DNA of 62,514 nucleotides from contig VFLK01000008.1 of assembly GCA_009885085.1 (NCBI GenBank), positions 1 through 62,514 of the forward strand, read 5' to 3'. A program made the position numbers and the translations under genes. The DNA comes from Minisyncoccota bacterium (GTDB lineage Bacteria; Patescibacteriota; Microgenomatia; UBA1400; PJMF01). Shown here piece after piece: positions 25,731-33,488 of this stretch; position 1 is the first letter of the stretch, and the number at the start of each line of letters is the position of its first letter. The notes beneath the pieces are model-generated. The model searched no databases, was not told where the DNA came from, and saw only the letters and a program-made list of their open reading frames with translations.

Positions 25731-27881
25731 ATGAAAACACATCAGCTTTTTAAGCAGGTAGCCCTGTGGTCGGCCATGGCAACAGCATTTCTATCAGTTT
25801 TATTGGTAGTTCCGCTCACCGATAGTTTTATTGATCATACAAAAACATATTTATTGTTCTTTAGTAGCATACTGATGATCCTATTTTTTGTTATCAAATC
25901 ATTGAAACAAGGTTCAGTTAAAATCACAATTAGTCCAATTACCAGTTCACTTTTTTTCTTTGGACTAGCAGTCGTAGCTTCAACATTTTTTACCTCTAGC
26001 TATCCAATTGAAGCGTTGCTCGGCATGGGTGGAATTTATATTTCAGCCACTTTGATAGCAATTATAGGCGGATCTCTCATCCCCAAAGATTCTACATCGC
26101 AATTTATTAAAGGCATGGTTCTGACAGGCGTAGTTTTAGTGGTCGCAACAGTTTTACAAATGATCGGATTTGGACCTGCTCAATTAGTAAATAAACTAAT
26201 CGGCACCAGCTTTCCAACCAGTCTAGTCTTTAATATTGCCGGGTCTTCATTCATTGCTCTACAAGTTTTATTAGTTACACTTGTCGGAGCTGTTGCAAGT
26301 ATTATTTCAGAAAAAAAAGTGAGTAAGCTTTTTGCTATTTCTCTTCCAATTTTAGTTATTGGCTCAGGAATTTTTGCATGGTCATTACTTCCAGGAAAAG
26401 ATACAAGTTTAACTCTGCCATCTTTTAACAGTGGCTGGTCAGTCATGTTGGATTCACTTAAAAATCCAAGATCTGCGCTTATCGGCGTAGGTCCTAGTGC
26501 TTATAGTAATGCATATGCAACATTCAAACCACTGTGGGCAAACAGCACACCTCAATGGTCAGAGGTATTCTCACAAGCAGCAATGTTCCCATTAACAATT
26601 TTGACTACCTTAGGAACAATAGGTTTGGCAGCATGGGTATTCTTTGTTGTGAAGTTTGCAAAGCTAAGAAAGAGGTCGCTTATTTCTAGTAAGCCTATTT
26701 ACTACATGATTGCTTCAACTTTATTGTTACAGCTCTTATTACCTGCTAACACAATTATGTTAACAATTCAGGCAATAGCAATTGCATTTTTAATAGCTAA
26801 TGAAAAACACAGACTGCCTTTGTTACAACTTTTAACTTTAAAATTCAAAATTTTAAATAAAGTTGAGTTTGACAGCACGCCATCAAAAACAATGAAACTT
26901 CCACTCATCTTGTCCGTAGGACTCGGATTAGCTGGAGCAGTTACTATGTTTTACTTTGTTGGTAGAGTCTATGCAGCAAATATACTAATGGCCAATGCTT
27001 CAAAAGCTTTAGCTAATAATGAAGTAATAAAGTCTTATGAGCTTCAACAAAAAGCAGTTGCCCTAAACCCATATTTAGATTTATTTAGAAGAAGATACGC
27101 TTCAACAAACATGGTCATCGCAGTTGCTCTTTCAAACAAGGCTGATATTACTGAAGAAGAGAAGAAACAAGTTTCTTCACTTATTCAGCAAGCAGTCAGA
27201 GAAGCAAAAGCAGCTACTACTCTTGATCCATTAGACTCACAAAACTGGATAAGCTTAGCTCAAATATATAAAAATATGATTGGAGTGTCAGCAGATGCTG
27301 CTGATTGGACGATTCAAGCTTACGTCAAGGCTATTGAGACAAATCCAAATGACCCAGCACTCAGAATAGAGTTAGCTCAAGTCTTTGCTGCTCAAGAAGA
27401 TTACCAGCAAGCTATAAATATCATGTCTCAAGCTATAAACTTGAAACCTGATCTAGCTGGATCACACTTCAATTTAGCTCTAATTTTGGAAAAGGTAGAC
27501 CAACCAGATGCCTACAGAGAAGCTAGAATTTCCTACCAAAGAGCACTCGTTCTTCTTGAAGCTGGATCCGATGAATATGTCATCGTGAACCAAAAAATTG
27601 AAGATCTAGAAAAGCTAATGGAACAAAAAGGAATTAGTCTTGAAGCTGAAAAAGTCCAAGAGCCAGCAACTGATGCAGGTCAAGCTAGCGGACAAGATCA
27701 GACCAATGGAATAGATCAACAGATTCCATCAATCACTGATCAAAATCTCGACAATGGGTCCGAAGTTGCACCTTCTGAAAATGTAGATCTGAATGCTGAG
27801 CCAGCAGTTATGGAAAAACCATCTCCAGAGCCAAGTCCTAAAACAACTCCAACTACAGATCTAAGTGGTGAGTTGCAATAA
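25731..27881 (+). CDS. Polytopic O-antigen-ligase-like (Wzy_C-type) membrane protein with C-terminal TPR repeats and Pro/Ser tail
   Basis: Track ORF starts at GTG 25698. ATG 25731 is preceded by GGAG at 25719-25722. About 10-12 TM helices, then TPR-like 'AYVKAIETNPNDPALRIELAQVFAAQEDYQQAINIMSQAINLKPD'. Confidence 0.55.
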   Translation: MKTHQLFKQVALWSAMATAFLSVLLVVPLTDSFIDHTKTYLLFFSSILMILFFVIKSLKQGSVKITISPITSSLFFFGLAVVASTFFTSSYPIEALLGMGGIYISATLIAIIGGSLIPKDSTSQFIKGMVLTGVVLVVATVLQMIGFGPAQLVNKLIGTSFPTSLVFNIAGSSFIALQVLLVTLVGAVASIISEKKVSKLFAISLPILVIGSGIFAWSLLPGKDTSLTLPSFNSGWSVMLDSLKNPRSALIGVGPSAYSNAYATFKPLWANSTPQWSEVFSQAAMFPLTILTTLGTIGLAAWVFFVVKFAKLRKRSLISSKPIYYMIASTLLLQLLLPANTIMLTIQAIAIAFLIANEKHRLPLLQLLTLKFKILNKVEFDSTPSKTMKLPLILSVGLGLAGAVTMFYFVGRVYAANILMANASKALANNEVIKSYELQQKAVALNPYLDLFRRRYASTNMVIAVALSNKADITEEEKKQVSSLIQQAVREAKAATTLDPLDSQNWISLAQIYKNMIGVSADAADWTIQAYVKAIETNPNDPALRIELAQVFAAQEDYQQAINIMSQAINLKPDLAGSHFNLALILEKVDQPDAYREARISYQRALVLLEAGSDEYVIVNQKIEDLEKLMEQKGISLEAEKVQEPATDAGQASGQDQTNGIDQQIPSITDQNLDNGSEVAPSENVDLNAEPAVMEKPSPEPSPKTTPTTDLSGELQ

Positions 27882-27893
27882 TTAAAATAAATT

Positions 27894-27930
27894 AAAAAAA
27901 ACCACCGGCCAAAAAACCGGTGGTTTTTTA
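27894..27930. terminator. Bidirectional intrinsic terminator between convergent genes
   Basis: AAAAAAA-ACCACCGG-ccaaaaaa-CCGGTGGT-TTTTTT. The 8-bp GC-rich stem is flanked by an A-run and a T-run. Confidence 0.8.
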
Positions 27931-28065
27931 TTATTTACCCTTAGCAATTTTAGTTAAAAAAATTAAAACTGGGGCCAATTTTCAGTTTAAAAAACTTTAG
28001 AACCAAAGCTAATTTTAAATTTAAAACTTTTAAATTTAAAACTCTGCTCTCTTTTACGACTCAAC

Positions 28066-29607
28066 TTAATTTATTTTTTTGGAAACAACTTCTCTTAATT
28101 TAGCGGCAAGATTTTCGAGTCCAACTTTTGTAACTCCACTAAAAAATATTACTTCTATTTTTTTTCTTTTGAAAAGTTTTTTTACCTCTGCGATTAATTC
28201 TTTTGAGTACAAATCACTTTTATTAATGCTGACTAAAAATTCCTTGTCCTCAAAGAGCTTTTTTCCAGCACCTATCGGAGTGGATGTTGCTTTGACAGAA
28301 TGATTTTTAAGTTCTTTTTTTAAGTTAGTTAACTGTTCAAAAAGAATTTCTGCTTTTTGTTTATCAGTTAAATTTTCATCAAATACTTCTGTTTCTGTGA
28401 GCGCCAAAACAAAAAGCATTGTTGAACAGTTTTCTACGTGTCTCAAAAATGAATGACCCAAACCTTTGCCTTCGCTAGCACCTTCAATCAATCCAGGAAT
28501 ATCTGCCAAGACAATTTCTTCTAATCCTGAAGTCTTACTGAAATCTCCAAACTCCAATATTCCCAAGTTAGGCTCAATTGTCGTAAATGGGTATGAGGCA
28601 ATCTTAGGCTTGGCTTTTGTAACAACAGATAAAAGAGTACTTTTTCCGGCGTTTGGAAAGCCTACAAGACCTACGTCAGCCAGAAGCTTAAGTTCTAGAA
28701 CAATTACTCGCTTTTCACCAAACGATCCATATTCCGCTTCCATAGGCGTAACATTTCTTGAGCTTTTAAATCGATCATTTCCTCTTCCACCAAAACCACC
28801 CTGACAAACTATAATTTCTTGACCGTCCTTTTTGATTGTTTCAATTTCGATAGGAACTAAACCTTTCACCGCGTTCAAGACTTCTTGAACAACTGGGGCA
28901 ATTGGTTCGTTTAAACCAACTCTACCAACCTTTTTTTCAGGGACTTGTTCTTCATAAGACTCAGAATCAGATTCAGTTTCGAGTTCGGAATCAATATCAG
29001 AATCGGAATAATTATCAGAATCGGAATCTAATTCTGTGTTTGCGCTAGCTTTAGACTCTTGCGAAACTTTGGAATCGCCCTCAGACTCATCTGAAACTTC
29101 GGCTGAAACTTCAATTTCTTGATCAGTTTCTAGTTCAACTTCAGGAATGTTTTTAAACTGAGATTCACTTAATAAATAAAAATTATCTGGATCACGCTCA
29201 GGAACTCCCTGACCTTCTTTTTCCAAATAATACTTTTCTTGGCGAACTCCATCTTTTTTTAATAAAGAATTTACACCCAAAAAAGTTCTTCTTTTTTTGG
29301 CGTAACCACTCTCAGCGAGAACTGAAATTGATGTACCAATTGGGACATCTAAAATTAAATCCTTTCCCTTGGCTCCGATCATATTCTTTTTGCCACCAGG
29401 AAAACCATCTTGTGCTTGAAAAAGTATTTTACCCTTAAAATCTTTCAATGTTGCGAGGTTTTTATTACCTCTAAGAATTACACAGCCACCTTTTCCTCCA
29501 TCGCCTCCATCAGGTCCACCTTTTGTAATTCTACGCTCACGTAAAAAAGAGACTCTTCCGAGTCCCCCATCACCAGCAACTAAAATAAGTTTGACTAAAT
29601 CAATCAT
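28066..29607 (-). CDS. obg: GTPase Obg/CgtA with a ~165-aa acidic insertion in the Obg-fold domain
   Basis: Likely start is 'MIDLVKLILVAGDGGLGRVSF' at 29607, although the ORF is open to 29739. 'GGFGGRGN'. G-domain 'GFPNAGKSTLL', 'DIPGLIEGA', 'NKSD'. Confidence 0.9.
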   Translation of the reverse strand: MIDLVKLILVAGDGGLGRVSFLRERRITKGGPDGGDGGKGGCVILRGNKNLATLKDFKGKILFQAQDGFPGGKKNMIGAKGKDLILDVPIGTSISVLAESGYAKKRRTFLGVNSLLKKDGVRQEKYYLEKEGQGVPERDPDNFYLLSESQFKNIPEVELETDQEIEVSAEVSDESEGDSKVSQESKASANTELDSDSDNYSDSDIDSELETESDSESYEEQVPEKKVGRVGLNEPIAPVVQEVLNAVKGLVPIEIETIKKDGQEIIVCQGGFGGRGNDRFKSSRNVTPMEAEYGSFGEKRVIVLELKLLADVGLVGFPNAGKSTLLSVVTKAKPKIASYPFTTIEPNLGILEFGDFSKTSGLEEIVLADIPGLIEGASEGKGLGHSFLRHVENCSTMLFVLALTETEVFDENLTDKQKAEILFEQLTNLKKELKNHSVKATSTPIGAGKKLFEDKEFLVSINKSDLYSKELIAEVKKLFKRKKIEVIFFSGVTKVGLENLAAKLREVVSKKIN

Positions 29608-29744
29608 TTTTTTATCTTTCTTCTGAAGATATTGTAACACGCAACCCTTTTTTATAAGATCGCACAAATTTTTTGAAGCATTGAAATCTTTCGAGCCCTT
29701 AGGCGAACTGCCTATGCTCGTAAAATTTTTGTGCTTCAAAAGGG

Positions 29745-30857
29745 CTATCTCAAGAAATTTAGTGGGTTTAGTAATACGCCACCTTGTCGAATTTCAAAGT
29801 GTAAATGCGTACCTGTAGATCTGCCTGTATTTCCCATTTGACCAATTACATCTCCCCTATTTACTCTTTGACCTATTACAACCTGAATCAAGCTTAAATG
29901 TGCATACAAAGTTGAAAACCCATTACCGTGATCAACAATTATTTTATTACCATATCCAGAAGGATCCCAGTTCGCTGCAACAACCGTTCCACTATCAGCT
30001 GCCAAGATAGATCCTCCAGATCTATTAGCTATGTCACTAGCCTTATGATAAAAACTATACGATTGAGTAATTTTTCCAGCTGCTGGCCATACAAAAGAAC
30101 CAAGCGCTGTGACTGATCCTGCATCTGGTGTTTGATAAGAAACTCTAGTTACAACAGGAACTGATTTTATAATTATCACTCCATTTGGAACCATGATATA
30201 TTGCCCAGTTGCCAACTCAAAAGTTTCGTCATTTAGAAATTCATTAAAAGGATAGTCAACAATCACCTGTACTTGAGACTCATCCAAACCATATTTTTTT
30301 CCAACCGAGTAAATTGTTTCACCTCTTTGAACTTTGTGTCTTACTCCATTAATTGGCAAAATATTTAGAGCGTCACCAGGCTTAATTTTGCTTGTGCTGG
30401 TTAAATTGTTTTCCCACAAAATTGTACTTGTATCAAGACTATATCGTTGAGCAATATTTGAAATAGTATCGCCTTCTTCAACAATGTGAATAATAATCTC
30501 TCCTCCTCTAAATAGTCTGACTTCTTCTGCTTGTTGAGTATAAAAATTTGAGCCATAGGCTGTTGAAGTTAAAATACCATTTGATAAATCTTGGTTTTGA
30601 TCATCAGATCCGGAGAACACCACCGGGCCAACGGTAATTGCCAGAAAGATTAAACCAATTGTGCCAAAATGTAAAAATGGACGGACGTATTTTCCTCTTT
30701 TTTTATAAAGCAAATCAACAATTGTGTCTTTGAATAATTCAAATCTAGAAAACCAGCCATACACTCTTTTGCGCATGTATAGTTTTAAAAATTGAAGATA
30801 TGCTGACAGATCTTTAATAAGCTGCGGCACTCTTAATCTAAGAGTAATCTTTACCAT
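29745..30857 (-). CDS. LysM-domain M23 family peptidoglycan endopeptidase
   Basis: TM anchor. Two LysM repeats ('GDTISNIAQRYSLDTSTILWENNL', 'GETIYSVGKKYGLDESQV'). M23 motifs 'HGNGFSTLYAHL' and 'GTHLHFEI'. Exact start is uncertain. Confidence 0.85.
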   Translation of the reverse strand: MVKITLRLRVPQLIKDLSAYLQFLKLYMRKRVYGWFSRFELFKDTIVDLLYKKRGKYVRPFLHFGTIGLIFLAITVGPVVFSGSDDQNQDLSNGILTSTAYGSNFYTQQAEEVRLFRGGEIIIHIVEEGDTISNIAQRYSLDTSTILWENNLTSTSKIKPGDALNILPINGVRHKVQRGETIYSVGKKYGLDESQVQVIVDYPFNEFLNDETFELATGQYIMVPNGVIIIKSVPVVTRVSYQTPDAGSVTALGSFVWPAAGKITQSYSFYHKASDIANRSGGSILAADSGTVVAANWDPSGYGNKIIVDHGNGFSTLYAHLSLIQVVIGQRVNRGDVIGQMGNTGRSTGTHLHFEIRQGGVLLNPLNFLR

Positions 30858-30890
30858 ATTATTAAAAATTATAGCCCAAACTCATCAAAA

Positions 30891-32498
30891 TTACCCATTT
30901 TTGAGAGATGCTAAGAATTCTTTGTTAGTTTTAGTCTTTTTAAGTTGTTGAATTATTGTAGAAGTACGCTTGTCTTTGTCTAGCATATCTAACATTCTAT
31001 GTAATGTTGTAATTGACAAATAATCCATACTATCAATCAAAAGATCGTCTCTTCTTGTTCCAGATTTTTGAACATCAATTGCAGGAAAGATTCTTCTTTC
31101 TGCTAATTTTCTATCCAAATGAACTTCTTGATTGCCTGTACCCTTGAATTCTTCATAAACCAAATCATCCATTCTAGATCCAGTTTCTACCAAGGCAGTT
31201 CCAACGATTGTCAAACTACCATCGACTTCAAAGTTTCTAGCTGCTCCAAAAAATTTCTTTGGAGGAAATAGTGCTGCTGGATCAAATCCACCAGAAAGAG
31301 TTCTTCCAGATGTAGGAATAGATAAATTGTAAGCTCTAGCCAAACGTGTAATTGAATCTAAAAGAATTAAAACATCTTTTCCTTCTTCAACCAATCTTTT
31401 TGCTCTTTCCAATGCAAGCTCAGCAACTCTACATTGATCTTTTGCAGACTCATCAAAATTACTTGCTGCAACCTCTCCTTTACCTTCGGTAATTCTTGCA
31501 ATGTGACGAACAATATCGGTAACTTCTTCAGGTCTCTCTCCAACTAGAACAGCCATGATGTGAATCTCAGGATGATTTCTAGCTACACCAGCTGCAATAT
31601 CTTTAAGTAAATTAGTTTTACCAGCTTTTGGAGGTGAAACGATCAAACTTCTTTGACCTTTGCCAATTGGGGCAATCATGTCAATGATTCTCAATGACAA
31701 CAACTCGGGATCAATTTCTAATTTAATTTTTGAATCAGGGTAAACAGGGGTAAATTTAATAAATTTAGGTCTTTCGACATTTTTTAATTCTTCCGCTGAC
31801 CTACCGTTGACTTCGGTAACTTTGAGCAATCCCCAGAATCTTTCACTATCTTTAGGAGCTCTAGCTGGGCCGGTAATAATATCGCCAGATCTAAGTCTGA
31901 ATCTTCTAATTTGTGAAGTTGAAATGTATGCGTCGAGATCATCTTCGCCCATTAATGTAGCGCGCAAAACTCCATGACCATCTCTTGATAGGTCAAGAAA
32001 ACCAGTGATAACTTTATCACCCTCTTCATTATTTTTTACGAATGAAGGTCTTTTTTGATTATTTTGATTGCTTTGATTGTTTTGACTGCTATAGCCGTTG
32101 CTTAATGGCATTACGGGAACTTTTTTTACATCAATCTTTGCAACTGATGGTGCTGACGTTGGAGCTACTGCTTGAGTTGGTGCTACCGCTGGAGTTGGTA
32201 CTACCGCTGGAGTTGGAGCTACTGCTTGAGTTGGTGCTACCGAAGCTGGAACTACTTCCGTAGTTGAAATTGTTGGTGCAGTTGAAGCAGTATCTGCATC
32301 AGTCGGCATAGATGTTGGAACTGTATCCTCAGGGGTTGGCTCAGATGCTTGGGTCAAAACCGGAGCTGAGACTGGCAAGGATGCAACTTCAGCCGCTGTT
32401 ACCTCGTCAAGTGCTCCGACCGCATCAGTTACTCCTACACTGGCTACTTCTTTAACTGCCTTAACCGCAGCAACTGCTTTTGTTTTTTTCTCCGTCAT
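30891..32498 (-). CDS. rho: Transcription termination factor Rho with a long Ala/Pro/Thr/Val-rich N-terminal region
   Basis: Start 'MTEKKTKAV' at 32498. 'ISTSQIRRFRLRSGDIITG' RNA-binding domain. Walker A 'PPKAGKT'. 'AERRIFPAIDV'. Confidence 0.92.
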   Translation of the reverse strand: MTEKKTKAVAAVKAVKEVASVGVTDAVGALDEVTAAEVASLPVSAPVLTQASEPTPEDTVPTSMPTDADTASTAPTISTTEVVPASVAPTQAVAPTPAVVPTPAVAPTQAVAPTSAPSVAKIDVKKVPVMPLSNGYSSQNNQSNQNNQKRPSFVKNNEEGDKVITGFLDLSRDGHGVLRATLMGEDDLDAYISTSQIRRFRLRSGDIITGPARAPKDSERFWGLLKVTEVNGRSAEELKNVERPKFIKFTPVYPDSKIKLEIDPELLSLRIIDMIAPIGKGQRSLIVSPPKAGKTNLLKDIAAGVARNHPEIHIMAVLVGERPEEVTDIVRHIARITEGKGEVAASNFDESAKDQCRVAELALERAKRLVEEGKDVLILLDSITRLARAYNLSIPTSGRTLSGGFDPAALFPPKKFFGAARNFEVDGSLTIVGTALVETGSRMDDLVYEEFKGTGNQEVHLDRKLAERRIFPAIDVQKSGTRRDDLLIDSMDYLSITTLHRMLDMLDKDKRTSTIIQQLKKTKTNKEFLASLKNG

Positions 32499-32600
32499 AA
32501 TTTTTTTGATAATTGATAATAATATATTTAAGAAACTAGTAAGCCCATGGTGAAACAAGTTTTAAAGAATGAAATTCTCAGGGACATAAATTAAGAAAAC

Positions 32601-32876
32601 ATGAAGTTGATAGCTATTATTTCAAATAATAGTGAAAAAGTCAAATTTGGAAAAAAAATGATCTATGGCTTGGTTAAAGAAGCCTTCTCTTTATCTTTAG
32701 TCTTTTTTTCTGTAGCAATAATAGCCATAGCTGCGGGTAAACCAAGCTCTTATATTAAATCCAGATCAGCTTTTGAATACGTTGGCTCTACAATTGCGGA
32801 ATCTAATGCGGCAGTTACAGCTACGAGTCCAGCTCCTGCTCCTACTGCTGATCCTCTTCCTCCTAATCCCATATAA
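32601..32876 (+). CDS. Hypothetical small membrane protein (weak call)
   Basis: 91-aa ORF with one hydrophobic helix and a Pro/Ala tail. Divergent from rho. No motif support. Confidence 0.3.
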   Translation: MKLIAIISNNSEKVKFGKKMIYGLVKEAFSLSLVFFSVAIIAIAAGKPSSYIKSRSAFEYVGSTIAESNAAVTATSPAPAPTADPLPPNPI

Positions 32877-33181
32877 CCACCCTTCTAAAGAAGTTAATAT
32901 GTATCTATTGTATCACTTGAATTAAGAAACTGTGTGGAAGCTCGGTTGCCTGCCCAACTACCGAACCTCCACACAGCATCCTTATTACTCAAGTTATAGC
33001 CAAATTTTACACCCAGTATTTCTAGAAAAATTTCGAGAAATACTTGTTTAAAAATACCTTTCGATATCTTTGTATATACTTAGAAATACAAAGATAGAAT
33101 TTACAACCTGCCTAAAATCAGGTAATCTCATTCTCACATGGTTCTTAAAAGTTTTTAATTAAACGCCATGTGAACAAAAAG

Positions 33182-33227
33182 AGCATTGTTATTCGTGGTC
33201 TGTCCAGCGATAATAATGCTTTTTTTT
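33182..33227 (+). terminator. Intrinsic terminator-like hairpin followed by T8
   Basis: AGCATTGTTAT (33182-33192) pairs with ATAATAATGCT (33210-33220) with one G-U pair, then TTTTTTT. Confidence 0.6.
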
Positions 33228-33357
33228 ATGCTATTTTTAATTCTACTCTCCCAGTATAACTATATTTAATTAATTAGTCAACCTATAACTTATCGTTTCT
33301 TAAATTTGATACGTCTTATATTTTTATATTTAGTAACTTTATTGAGAGAAATTAATA

Positions 33358-33401
33358 AGTTATCAACATCATATTTTATATTTTAGTAATTGTTGATAAC
33401 T
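33358..33401. promoter_or_regulatory. Perfect 11-bp inverted repeat of a DnaA-box-like motif (AGTTATCAACA, 22 nt, TGTTGATAACT) upstream of the T4CP-like gene
   Basis: Read directly from the sequence. The same 11-mer occurs at 15857 and, as reverse complement, at 53269. Confidence 0.55.
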
Positions 33402-33488
33402 GCAATTTCGCCTGGTGGAAGAATCGCTACTAATAGATCTACTTCAACCCAATGTACGCCAACTCGAAGAAATGATATACTTCTGCAT

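Noticed and set aside
28079-28804. ORFs 28079-28303 and 28466-28804 (+)
   Set aside because: They are antisense to obg, whose G-domain motifs are unambiguous.
32042-32263. 73-aa Leu/Glu-rich ORF (+)
   Set aside because: It is the mirror frame of the tandem repeat in the rho N-terminal region.
32930-32976. GC-rich hairpin considered as SRP (4.5S) RNA domain IV
   Set aside because: It lacks the GNRA tetraloop and the conserved GGAAGCAGCC-type loop motifs. It is kept only as part of the generic structured-spacer finding.
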